This document shows, piece after piece, positions 41,496 to 50,185 of a DNA stretch of 64,000 nucleotides; the first letter of the stretch is position 1; every line of letters begins with the position of its first letter. The translations under genes and the position numbers were made by a program. The notes under the pieces were generated by a model. It searched no databases and had not been told where the DNA came from. It saw nothing but the letters and a program-made list of their open reading frames with translations. The stretch comes from Candidatus Daviesbacteria bacterium. Lineage in GTDB: Bacteria > Patescibacteriota > Microgenomatia > Daviesbacterales > UBA10151. The stretch lies in contig JACPKL010000008.1 of NCBI GenBank assembly GCA_016187035.1, positions 35,990-99,989 of the forward strand. The letters are read 5' to 3'.

Positions 41496-41993
41496 ATGAA
41501 GTTCAACCTGCATGAGGACTATCTTAGAAGTATAATGTTTGGGTTGCAGGATGCATTAGTTTCTATAACCGGGGTAGTGGTTGGAATCAGCGCCGGAGTT
41601 TCTAATCAGGCGATTATTATCTTAGCCTCTTTTGTGGCAGTGTCTGTAGAAGCTTCTTCTATGGCTGCAGGTCAATATACTTCAGAAAAAGCGGTTCATC
41701 AGATGGATAAAACCGGCAGGCATACAGATGCTCTGATCATCGGAGCGCTACTTATGTTTTTCTCATATCTTGGGGCAGGTCTAATTCCCATCATACCATT
41801 TTTAATTTTTCCTGCTGATTCTGCCAGAGTTATTAGTATCACGGCTGCGTTGGCAGGTCTTTTTGTAGTTGGTTATTTGAAAGGCAAGATTGTTAAAGAT
41901 GGTGCTTTAAGAAGCGCTATTGAGATCTTTATTATTGGAGGATTAGCAACAGTAATTGGTTTAGCGGTTGGTAATCTCTTAAAAGTCTACTAA
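41496..41993 (+). CDS. VIT1/CCC1-family iron/manganese transporter-like membrane protein
   Basis: IMFGLQDALVSITGVVVGISAG and C-terminal TM helices. Confidence 0.65.
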   Translation: MKFNLHEDYLRSIMFGLQDALVSITGVVVGISAGVSNQAIIILASFVAVSVEASSMAAGQYTSEKAVHQMDKTGRHTDALIIGALLMFFSYLGAGLIPIIPFLIFPADSARVISITAALAGLFVVGYLKGKIVKDGALRSAIEIFIIGGLATVIGLAVGNLLKVY

Positions 41994-42167
41994 AAACCGT
42001 TGTGATAAGTTAACCTATTAGCCATAGGGAGAGAAGCCAAAAGGATGTAAGGATTAGATCTAGGAGCGATAGCAAAAGAAACAGGCAACTCATCCCCAGC
42101 TGATTTACAAAATCTTAAAAGATAAAACTGTTGTGGATTTATAATCTTGTGTGTTACACTCCCTTCA

Positions 42168-43226
42168 ATGTTTGATATCTGGAAATATTTATCTTTTGAT
42201 ATTGGTATAGATTTGGGGACAGTTAATACCCTGGTGCTGGTTAAAAGCAAAGGAATAGCCATCAGAGAACCTACTGTAGTAGCACTTCATAAAAAAACCA
42301 GGCAAATTTTAGCAATTGGAGCTGATGCTAAAAGGATGTTAGGCAGGACTCCTGTTTCTATTGAAGCGATCAGGCCTTTAAGGGGCGGAGTAATTTCAGA
42401 CTTTGATACAACCGAGGCTATGCTCCGTTACTTTATTCATAAAGTGCATGAAACTCCTGTAAACAGATGGTCTTTGCCCAAAATCCCCAAACCAAGAGTA
42501 GTAGTGGGAATTCCTTCAGGTGTGACAGAGGTAGAAAGGAGAGCTGTACAGGATGCCTGTTTATCTGCTGGAGCCAGGGAAGCTTTTCTGATTGAAGAAC
42601 CTATGGCAGCAGCTATTGGAGCAAAACTGCCTGTTGAGGAACCAGATGGAGTGATGGTAGTAGATATAGGCGGAGGAACTTGCGAGATTGCAGTTATTTC
42701 TTTAGGAGGTATGGTTATTAACAAATCAATGAGAATAGCTGGGGATGAGTTGGATGAGTCAATTGTTTCTTATATGAGGTTAAGATATGGAATGTTAATT
42801 GGGGAAAAAACTGCAGAAGATGTCAAAATTGAGATTGGTTCAGCTTATCCTTTAGACAAAGGAGACTGCTTAGCAACAGTAGTCAGGGGTAGAGATTTAC
42901 AAACAGGTTTGCCAAAATCTTTAAAAATTACAGCTGCGGAAATCAGAGAGGCTTTATCACCAATTATTACCCAAATAATTTCAGGGGTCCAAGAAGTTTT
43001 GGAAGAAACTCCGCCGGAACTTTTAACAGATATAGTGGAAAGGGGGATATTTTTAGCAGGGGGAGGGGCGCTGCTTCGGGGTTTGGATAAAAGAATTGCG
43101 GAAGAGACAAAACTGCCAATTTATATCACAGATGATCCTTTAACAACGGTAGTTAGGGGTTGTGGTGAAGTATTAAATAACTTGGATTTACTATCCAAAG
43201 TCAAAGTGACAGGCGGATTAAGATAA
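42168..43226 (+). CDS. mreB: Rod shape-determining protein MreB (copy 2)
   Basis: Start taken at ATG 42168 (MFDIWKYLSFDIGIDLGTVNT); the track ORF starts at TTG 42147. EEPMAAAIGA, DIGGGTCE. Confidence 0.9.
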   Translation: MFDIWKYLSFDIGIDLGTVNTLVLVKSKGIAIREPTVVALHKKTRQILAIGADAKRMLGRTPVSIEAIRPLRGGVISDFDTTEAMLRYFIHKVHETPVNRWSLPKIPKPRVVVGIPSGVTEVERRAVQDACLSAGAREAFLIEEPMAAAIGAKLPVEEPDGVMVVDIGGGTCEIAVISLGGMVINKSMRIAGDELDESIVSYMRLRYGMLIGEKTAEDVKIEIGSAYPLDKGDCLATVVRGRDLQTGLPKSLKITAAEIREALSPIITQIISGVQEVLEETPPELLTDIVERGIFLAGGGALLRGLDKRIAEETKLPIYITDDPLTTVVRGCGEVLNNLDLLSKVKVTGGLR

Positions 43227-43230
43227 TATG

Positions 43231-43239
43231 TGTTATAAT
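43231..43239 (+). promoter_or_regulatory. Extended -10 (TGtTATAAT) for the antitoxin-doc operon
   Basis: tgttataat at 43231-39, then the strong SD AAGGGGGTGA, then ATG 43268. Confidence 0.45.
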
Positions 43240-43267
43240 TATGTTCTAACACAAAGGGGGTGAAGAC

Positions 43268-43516
43268 ATGTTACAAAAAATTATTCAAGTAGGTAATTCA
43301 TATGCAATAACTATTCCTAAAAGTATCATTGACGCGTATGGTGTGGCAAAGGAAAAATTTGTCAATCTTTATGAGGAGCCTAAAAATAAAAGAGTAGTTA
43401 TTAGTTTTTTAACCGAAGACTCAACAGATGAAATTATAGACCCTGAAGTTTATATGGTAGCAAAAAAACTCCTAAAAAGATATTTGCCTGCCTTTAAAGA
43501 GCTTGCAAGAAAATAA
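43268..43516 (+). CDS. AbrB/MazE/SpoVT-fold antitoxin (Phd-like partner of Doc)
   Basis: IIQVGNSYAITIPKSIIDAYGV swapped-hairpin motif. Lies directly upstream of doc. Confidence 0.7.
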   Translation: MLQKIIQVGNSYAITIPKSIIDAYGVAKEKFVNLYEEPKNKRVVISFLTEDSTDEIIDPEVYMVAKKLLKRYLPAFKELARK

Positions 43517-43529
43517 TTCGAGATGATTA

Positions 43530-43922
43530 ATGAAGTACTTATCTGTTAAAGATGTATTGCTTTTGCATAGTATGGCAGTTGATGAGAGCGGCGGTTCTCA
43601 CGGATTACGTGATTTAGGGCTTTTGGAATCAGCTGTCGCCAGACCTCAATCCTCATTTGGTGGAGAGGATTTGCATCCAGACATGTTTTTGAAAGTAGGA
43701 GCCTTAATTCATGGACTCTTGAGAAATCATCCGTTTGTGGATGGGAATAAACGTACCTCAATGTTTTCAGCCATGACATTTCTAGAATTAAATGGTTATC
43801 TCTTCGATGCAAGGCAAAAAGAAGTAGTTAATTTTGCTTTAAAAGTGGAAAATGAGAAATTATCTGTAGAGGAAATTGCAAAATGGTTAAAAGAGCACAC
43901 CAAAATTAGAAAATTAAAATAA
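43530..43922 (+). CDS. doc: Doc (death-on-curing) Fic-fold toxin
   Basis: LLESAVARPQ...HPFVDGNKRTS (Fic/Doc motif). Confidence 0.85.
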   Translation: MKYLSVKDVLLLHSMAVDESGGSHGLRDLGLLESAVARPQSSFGGEDLHPDMFLKVGALIHGLLRNHPFVDGNKRTSMFSAMTFLELNGYLFDARQKEVVNFALKVENEKLSVEEIAKWLKEHTKIRKLK

Positions 43923-43925
43923 ATA

Positions 43926-43934
43926 TGTTAATAT
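43926..43934 (+). promoter_or_regulatory. Extended -10 (TGtTAATAT) 8 nt upstream of ATG 43943
   Basis: tgttaatat at 43926-34, then actaacaa, then ATG. Leaderless candidate. Confidence 0.35.
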
Positions 43935-43942
43935 ACTAACAA

Positions 43943-45013
43943 ATGCTACATACTCCTTTTTATGATCCAAGTAAAAGTTATGAAGAAAATTATGATAAGG
44001 GGCCATATGGTGCATTTGCAGATGGGCAAGTTTACCAACAGATTAACAAACCAACTTATGACTTTCTAGGTCAAAAAGTGTATTTGCCTTTTGGTATTCC
44101 GGCAGGACCGCTTTTGAATTCTAACTTTTGTAAGAGCGCTTTTGAAAAGGGGTTTGATATTTGTGTTTATAAAACTGTCAGGGCAGAAAGTTTTCCCTGC
44201 CATCCATTTCCAAATATTTTGGCTGTAAAAATTGAAGGTGATTTAACCGCTGTAAAAGCCCGGAGTAAACTGACTGCTGATAATGAATACTGCGAACCTT
44301 TAAGTATTACCAACTCTTTTGGGGTACCTTCTAAAGAGCCTTCTGTTTGGCAGGAAGATGTTAAAAAGGCTATCAGATATGCAGGAAAAGGCCAATGTTT
44401 AGTTTTAAGCTTTATGGGTACTGTTAAACAAAACCAGACAGCAGATGAATTTGTGGCAGATTTTGCTAAAGCTGCCAAGAAGGCCAAAGAAACAGGGGCA
44501 AAAATATTAGAAGCTAACTTATCCTGTCCAAATATTGGGAATGAGGGGCTGGTTTGTTATAACCTGGAAATGACTCAGAAGGTTTGTGAGGCTCTCAGGA
44601 GAGAAATTGGTAATACCCCTTTAATATTAAAAGTAGGTTACTTTCAAAATAATGAAGACTTAAACAAACTGGTTGAGGTTGCTTCAAAATATGCCCAAGG
44701 CATTGCTGCTATTAATACTGTTTCAGCTGAGGTGGTGGATAAAGCAGGTAATCAGGTTTTACCTGGAAAGAACAGGCTCAGATCAGGAGTATGTGGGACT
44801 GCTATTAAATGGGCAGGTTTGGATATGGTGAGAAAACTTAAATTCAAAATTCAAAATTCAAAATTCAAAATTCAAATTATAGGGGTAGGGGGAGTGATGA
44901 AGCAAGAGGATTATTTTGAATATATTGAAGCCGGGGCAGACTGTGTGATGAGTGCCACCGGAGCCATGTGGAACCCTTATTTGGCCCAGGAGATTAAAAA
45001 GATATTACGTTAG
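43943..45013 (+). CDS. pyrD: Dihydroorotate dehydrogenase-like (class 1) flavoenzyme
   Basis: FGIPAGP, LEANLSCPNIGNEG, IIGVGGV...GADCVMSATG. Confidence 0.7.
   Translation: MLHTPFYDPSKSYEENYDKGPYGAFADGQVYQQINKPTYDFLGQKVYLPFGIPAGPLLNSNFCKSAFEKGFDICVYKTVRAESFPCHPFPNILAVKIEGDLTAVKARSKLTADNEYCEPLSITNSFGVPSKEPSVWQEDVKKAIRYAGKGQCLVLSFMGTVKQNQTADEFVADFAKAAKKAKETGAKILEANLSCPNIGNEGLVCYNLEMTQKVCEALRREIGNTPLILKVGYFQNNEDLNKLVEVASKYAQGIAAINTVSAEVVDKAGNQVLPGKNRLRSGVCGTAIKWAGLDMVRKLKFKIQNSKFKIQIIGVGGVMKQEDYFEYIEAGADCVMSATGAMWNPYLAQEIKKILR
44837..44878 (+). repeat. Heptanucleotide array tcaaaat, six units = 42 nt = 14 codons, in frame in pyrD-like gene
   Basis: cttaaat tcaaaat tcaaaat tcaaaat tcaaaat tcaaatt. 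Translated LKFKIQNSKFKIQI. Confidence 0.95.
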
Positions 45014-45604
45014 TTAGCTGTTTTTGTATTTGTAAGCCAAACGCTTTTTAAGAAGATTTTCTGAATAACCACCTTCTGTTTCATGTTTTCTCTCTAAAGC
45101 ATTCATCTGTTTATCCAAAAGATAACCTTCTCTGATTAAAACGTCAATCAAATAATTGACTATTCCCTCTATTCCTTCTTTTCCACCTAATCCCTCTTTA
45201 TTAATCTTGAGGATAGCCTTGACTGAAGTTAAAGAAGAGGGATAAGAAGGATTAGGAGAATTAGAGGGGTAATTTTCTATAGCTAGGCGAAGTCTAAATA
45301 AACGAGGATCTCCTTTGTCCCAAAAGGGGAGATTTTCTAATTTTAAAATATCTTCAAAATCCTCCAAAGCCTCCATACCAGATGATTTAGCTACATCATA
45401 AAGCTTAAGTTTGGTAGATAAACTTCTTTCAGAGCAACCTTCCACAATATTTTGCTTATTTGACCTTAGAGCTTGTTTAATCTGGTCTCTTTGACGGTGG
45501 TCCTCGTATTTATGATAGTAGAGAGGGACAAATTCCCAACCTATTAAAAAGGCAATTTCAGATAATTTATAAGAAAGAAGCTGTTTGTAACCTGGGACAG
45601 CCAT
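45014..45604 (-). CDS. Four-helix-bundle protein (23S rRNA-IVS-protein-like family)
   Basis: YKLSEIAFLIGWEF...QALRSNKQNIVEGCSERSLSTKLKLYDVAKSSGMEALEDFEDIL. Confidence 0.6.
   Translation of the reverse strand: MAVPGYKQLLSYKLSEIAFLIGWEFVPLYYHKYEDHRQRDQIKQALRSNKQNIVEGCSERSLSTKLKLYDVAKSSGMEALEDFEDILKLENLPFWDKGDPRLFRLRLAIENYPSNSPNPSYPSSLTSVKAILKINKEGLGGKEGIEGIVNYLIDVLIREGYLLDKQMNALERKHETEGGYSENLLKKRLAYKYKNS
45165..45269. repeat. 105-nt imperfect hairpin (ggattagaagg family), in frame (35 codons)
   Basis: The left arm ccctctattccttcttttccacctaatccctcttt faces the right arm aaagaagagggataagaaggattaggagaattagagggg. Confidence 0.8.
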
Positions 45605-46323
45605 TAGATTCTCTTTGATTGTTTTAAATATTCAACACTCTCATTATACTGCTCTTGGGTTATTGTACTTTTTTCCAGGTAATAATCTAAAATCCCTTTT
45701 AATGTCAAAGGCGCATAGAATTGATAACCTGCTTGTTCAATCATTTCTTTTCCACCCTCACCTCTATCAATCAGCACAATTAGTCCTAGGACTTTATAAC
45801 CCAACTGTTCAGCCACTTGAAAGCTTCTGAATTTGGATTCTCCTTTGGTGATAACATCATCAATAATAAGTATAGTTTTGCCCTTACCTTTTGGCGCATC
45901 TTTGGCAGGTAAAATTCTGGGGCTGCCAGGCTGGTCATCTTTCTCAAAGATTGTCAAATAAGGGATTTTAGTCACAGTGGCAAATTCTTTAGCATAAGGT
46001 ATGGCTGCATTAGGTATGCCTGTACAAGATTGGGGAATTTGTTTAAGGGTCATTTTTGCCATGCATTCGGCGATCTTTTTGTTTAGGCTGTCAGGAAGAT
46101 TTCTTAAATTAACAATAATTGGAGAAAGCGGAGCTTCAGGGTGTTTTTCATGGTATACAAAAGCAAATTCAGATGGGTCAATCCGAAAGTCAATAGGGCT
46201 GGTATCCCTTATTACATAATAAAATTCATAACTACCATCAGGATTTTGTTTTTTCCTCCTGACTTTGGCATGAGTTTTAGTGCTGATTAATAAGTCAGCT
46301 AATTTTTTCTCTGATTGTTTCAT
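45604..46323 (-). CDS. pyrE: Orotate phosphoribosyltransferase-like
   Basis: PRPP-binding motif TILIIDDVITKGES. Lies between pyrF and the four-helix-bundle gene. Confidence 0.6.
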   Translation of the reverse strand: MKQSEKKLADLLISTKTHAKVRRKKQNPDGSYEFYYVIRDTSPIDFRIDPSEFAFVYHEKHPEAPLSPIIVNLRNLPDSLNKKIAECMAKMTLKQIPQSCTGIPNAAIPYAKEFATVTKIPYLTIFEKDDQPGSPRILPAKDAPKGKGKTILIIDDVITKGESKFRSFQVAEQLGYKVLGLIVLIDRGEGGKEMIEQAGYQFYAPLTLKGILDYYLEKSTITQEQYNESVEYLKQSKRI

Positions 46324-47047
46324 GTAATTTTAAAACAGCTTCTCTGGGGTTAGCTGCAAAAATAATATCCCTTGAGGAGTTTATTATCAAACCCTGCTTT
46401 TTGCTATCAAGGCCATTTTCCAATGTAGCTTTTAAGTTTCCACCCTGGGCCCCAATTCCTGGAACTAATATTGGCATATCGCCTATGATTTCCCTGACCT
46501 TTTTTAACTGCTTAGGATATGTTGCTCCCACCACCACTCCTACATTATTATTTTTATTCCAACTCTTAACATGTTCAGCTACTACCTGGTACAGTGGTTT
46601 ATCACCCACTTTTAAATCCTGGAATTCTGCTGCTCCTGGATTTGAAGTTCTCACAAGTATAATGACCCCTTTATCTGCTCTATCCAGGAAAGGCTGTAAA
46701 GATTCCCTACCCAAATAAGGGGAAACAGTTACTCCGTCAACTCCTAAAGTGTCAAAAATAGCCTTAACATAAGCTTTATTGGTGGAGGCCACATCACCTC
46801 TTTTAGCATCTAAAATAATGGGAACTTCCGGATATTTTTCTTTAATGTATTTAATTGTTTTTTCTAATCCTTCTAATCCTTCTAATCCTTCTGCTTCATA
46901 AAAAGCTGATTGGGGTTTATAGCAACAGACTAAGTCTGAGGTTTGATCAATTATAGACTTATCAAACTTAAAATCACCAATGTCTAGCCCCACACACACA
47001 AACTTTCCCTCAGCCCATTTAGCTTTTAATTTAGTTAAAAAGTCCAC
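46295..47047 (-). CDS. pyrF: Orotidine-5'-phosphate decarboxylase
   Basis: VCVGLD..., ILDAKRGDVASTN, PGIGAQGG. Confidence 0.8.
   Translation of the reverse strand: MDFLTKLKAKWAEGKFVCVGLDIGDFKFDKSIIDQTSDLVCCYKPQSAFYEAEGLEGLEGLEKTIKYIKEKYPEVPIILDAKRGDVASTNKAYVKAIFDTLGVDGVTVSPYLGRESLQPFLDRADKGVIILVRTSNPGAAEFQDLKVGDKPLYQVVAEHVKSWNKNNNVGVVVGATYPKQLKKVREIIGDMPILVPGIGAQGGNLKATLENGLDSKKQGLIINSSRDIIFAANPREAVLKLHETIREKIS
46862..46892. repeat. 9-bp tandem repeat ttctaatcc x3, in frame in pyrF
   Basis: Read on the minus strand as EGLEGLEGLE. The k-mers are shared with 8351-8410 and 45231-45269. Confidence 0.9.
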
Positions 47048-47089
47048 GCAGACAATATACCATACCTGTGATATATTGTCTTAAGCTTT

Positions 47090-47878
47090 ATGGACAAAGT
47101 AATTCCTGACCTCAAACTTTTCCTGTACTTATTAATTATCAGCATTTTAATTTTGGTTTTAGATCAATTCCGTTTGCTCAATCTTACTAAAAGTCTTATT
47201 TCTTATCTAACAAACCCAATTTCTTTTGGTCTTTATCAAACTAACCAGAAATTAAGCAGGCAGTTTTATTTTGTTTTTGAAGCCCGTTTTGCAGCTCAAG
47301 AGAACAAGGCGTTAAAAGAGCAAATTGGTAAATTATTATCTGAAAACACCCAGCTTAGAAAGAAATTAGCTGAGACAGAGAGTTTGGTTTCTCAGTCAAA
47401 ATATTTAGATACTCCAAATTACAATCTAATAGTTACTAGGCCGATTGGCTTATCAAGATTTTTAAAAGTTGATAAAGGTTCGAATTCAAACTTAAAATTA
47501 GGGGAAGCGGTTATTTTTAATAATAATTATATAGGAAAGATAGTCCAAATTTTCCCAAAATCAGCTAACGTTCAACTTTTAATTGATCCTGATTCTAAAG
47601 TAGCTGCATTTTCTCAAGGATTAGAAGGCAGGGCTAAAGGTGTGTTAGCTGGTCAGTTTGGTACTGAGATGTTAATGGATAAAATCCTGCATGAGGAAAA
47701 AATTAAACTTGGGGATTTAGTTTACTCAGAAGGAACAGAAGGGTTTTTACCAAGGGGATTAATTTTAGGTCGGGTTAGTCAAATTCTAGAAAGAGAAAAC
47801 GAAGTTTTTAAACAAGCTAAAGTTCAACCTGTTTTTGATATCAGAGACTTAGAATTAGTATTTGTAATAGGAGAATGA
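47090..47878 (+). CDS. mreC: Rod shape-determining protein MreC
   Basis: N-terminal TM, coiled coil (ENKALKEQIGKLLSENTQLRKKLAE), beta-rich C-terminal domain. Precedes mreD and PBP2. Confidence 0.7.
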   Translation: MDKVIPDLKLFLYLLIISILILVLDQFRLLNLTKSLISYLTNPISFGLYQTNQKLSRQFYFVFEARFAAQENKALKEQIGKLLSENTQLRKKLAETESLVSQSKYLDTPNYNLIVTRPIGLSRFLKVDKGSNSNLKLGEAVIFNNNYIGKIVQIFPKSANVQLLIDPDSKVAAFSQGLEGRAKGVLAGQFGTEMLMDKILHEEKIKLGDLVYSEGTEGFLPRGLILGRVSQILERENEVFKQAKVQPVFDIRDLELVFVIGE

Positions 47879-47879
47879 T

Positions 47880-48326
47880 ATGAAAACACTAATTTTTATC
47901 TTAATCATTGCTTCTTTTATCCAAACTACTATCCTCTCGGTAGATTTGGTTTTACTTATTTTGATCTGTAGAGCATATATTAGGACTGATAAAAATAATT
48001 TATACCTGGCATTTGGTTTTGGAATATTAATTTCATACCTAGATTTAAGGCCTGTAGGTAACATAAGTATAATTTATTTAATTTTGACAGAACTTGCTCA
48101 AACTTTATCCAAATCAAGGCTGGCTGGAAATTCCTTACTAATTATTCCACTAAGCTTTGTTTTCTTAATGATAAATCAAATTGTAAATACCTTGTTGTCT
48201 TTTGATCAGCTGCAGCTTTTTCCAAAGATAGTGGTTGAAAGTCTGTTATCTTTACCTATTTTATATTTTCTAAGACTTTGGGAGGAAAGATTTATTGTTA
48301 GAAAAGAGCTGAAACTCAAAATTTAG
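47880..48326 (+). CDS. mreD: MreD-like small polytopic membrane protein
   Basis: 148 aa, 4-5 TM segments. Called by position between mreC and PBP2. Confidence 0.5.
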   Translation: MKTLIFILIIASFIQTTILSVDLVLLILICRAYIRTDKNNLYLAFGFGILISYLDLRPVGNISIIYLILTELAQTLSKSRLAGNSLLIIPLSFVFLMINQIVNTLLSFDQLQLFPKIVVESLLSLPILYFLRLWEERFIVRKELKLKI

Positions 48327-48341
48327 AAATTAAATTCCACT

Positions 48342-50144
48342 ATGCTTAAAAAAAGGAAATTCTTAGGATTTGGATTCCCGGATGAAGTAGCTAAAGTTAC
48401 TTCAAAGATTGGGCATTTCAGCAAAAAAAATGAATCTGATTGGGTAGATAATTTGTTGCCTAATTTTGATCCAGGCTATACTCACTTAACCAAAAGCCCC
48501 TGGTTGCTTTTACCTTTTTCTGCTTCTTGCATAATATTGTTTTTCATAATATTTATACGCCTTTTCCATCTGCAAATTATTGAGGGAGAAACAAACAGAA
48601 GTTTAGCTGATGAAAACCGTATTCAGATTAAAGTCATCCATGCCCAAAGGGGAGTGATATTTGATCGGAATGGTAAAATCCTGGCAGCTAATTCCCCAGC
48701 ATTCAGGTTATTTGAGAAAGATTTAAAAAAAGTTAAGTTAATCAGCAGGGAAAAGGCTTTGGAAATGGAGGTTAAGAAGGATACGAGGACCTCTGATTTA
48801 GAGGTTGATAATGTCCGTACTTATCCAATGGCTGAAAAATTTGCTCATGTGATCGGGTACGTAGGTGAAGTTTCCCAAACACAGCTTAAGGAAAGCGGGT
48901 ATCGTTTAGGTGACAGGATCGGGCAGATTGGAATCGAAGCGCAATATGAAAAATTACTTAAAGGGAAAGATGGGGGAGAGATTATTGAGGTAGATTCTAA
49001 GGGGGTTAAACTTCGCACCTTAAGACGGGATCCTCCAGTCCCTGGGCAAAACGTTTATTTAACAATTGACGCTGATTTACAAGATAAGGTTTACAATGAG
49101 TTAAAGCAAGCTTTAACTAAAGCAGAAAGTTGTTGCGGTTCAGCAGTTGCCATGGATCCCGCAAATGGCCAAATTCTGGCATTAGTTTCTTATCCGTCAT
49201 TTAACCCAAATGTTTTTACCAAAGATTACGATGAAGGGAGAATAGCCCAAATCTTTTCTCAAAAAGAGGCTCCTATCTTAAATCGCGCTATTTCCGGCAC
49301 TTACCAACCAGGCTCCACATTTAAAATAGTTTCCTCTTTGGCAGCCTTGTCTTCTGGTAAAGTTAATGCCAGTACCACTATTTTGGATAATGGAGCAATT
49401 TTCTTAGGTCCATACAAATTTACTAATTGGTATTTTACTGAATATGGAAAAGTAGAAGGTAATGTGGATTTAGTTAAAGCTATTAAGCGTTCTAATGATA
49501 TATATTTTTATGAAGTTGGCAGAATGATTGGAGAAGGTAAGCTTATTGAATGGGCTAAAAAGTTAAATTTGGGAGAGAAGTTAGGTATTGATTTGCCTGC
49601 TGAAGCAGAGGGTTTAGTGCCTTCTGATGAGTGGAAAAGAAAAACTTATAATCAAGTTTGGTATCCTGGGGATACCTTGCATATGGCAATAGGTCAGGGA
49701 TTTGTGTTGACCTCACCTTTGCAAGTTTTAGGAATAACTTCTTTTATAGCCTCAGATGGAATTTTGTATAAACCACAATTGATGCTTACAAACTTCAAGC
49801 CAAAAATCTTAGTTTCAAATGTAATTTCAGCTGATAAAATTGAATTAGTAAAGAGAGGGTTAAAGTTAGTTCCCAAAGATGGTGGTACTGCCTGGCCATT
49901 TTTTACTTTTCCTATTCCTACTGCTGGAAAAACTGGTACAGCAGAATTTGGGGATCCTAAAGGAAAAACTCATGCCTGGTATACCTCTTTTGCGCCAGCA
50001 GAAAAGGCTAAAATTACTTTAACAGTTCTAGCAGAAGCTGCAGGAGAAGGGTCAAACGTGGCAGCTCCAGTAGCTAAAGAAGTATACCGTTGGTATTTTT
50101 CAGAAAATAAAGCTGATTTGATTAAAGATATTTACACCCAATAG
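48342..50144 (+). CDS. mrdA: Penicillin-binding protein 2 (class B transpeptidase)
   Basis: RGVIFDRNGKILA, GSTFK (SxxK), KTGTAE. Confidence 0.85.
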   Translation: MLKKRKFLGFGFPDEVAKVTSKIGHFSKKNESDWVDNLLPNFDPGYTHLTKSPWLLLPFSASCIILFFIIFIRLFHLQIIEGETNRSLADENRIQIKVIHAQRGVIFDRNGKILAANSPAFRLFEKDLKKVKLISREKALEMEVKKDTRTSDLEVDNVRTYPMAEKFAHVIGYVGEVSQTQLKESGYRLGDRIGQIGIEAQYEKLLKGKDGGEIIEVDSKGVKLRTLRRDPPVPGQNVYLTIDADLQDKVYNELKQALTKAESCCGSAVAMDPANGQILALVSYPSFNPNVFTKDYDEGRIAQIFSQKEAPILNRAISGTYQPGSTFKIVSSLAALSSGKVNASTTILDNGAIFLGPYKFTNWYFTEYGKVEGNVDLVKAIKRSNDIYFYEVGRMIGEGKLIEWAKKLNLGEKLGIDLPAEAEGLVPSDEWKRKTYNQVWYPGDTLHMAIGQGFVLTSPLQVLGITSFIASDGILYKPQLMLTNFKPKILVSNVISADKIELVKRGLKLVPKDGGTAWPFFTFPIPTAGKTGTAEFGDPKGKTHAWYTSFAPAEKAKITLTVLAEAAGEGSNVAAPVAKEVYRWYFSENKADLIKDIYTQ

Positions 50145-50185
50145 TAATTTCAATTAGGTAGCTGTGCTACAATTTGACTATTGTA

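Noticed and set aside
43268-43922. AbrB-fold antitoxin / Doc toxin pair as a novel system
   Set aside because: This is a canonical Phd/Doc-type type II TA with the HPFVDGNKRT motif. It is well described, so it is reported as a feature only.
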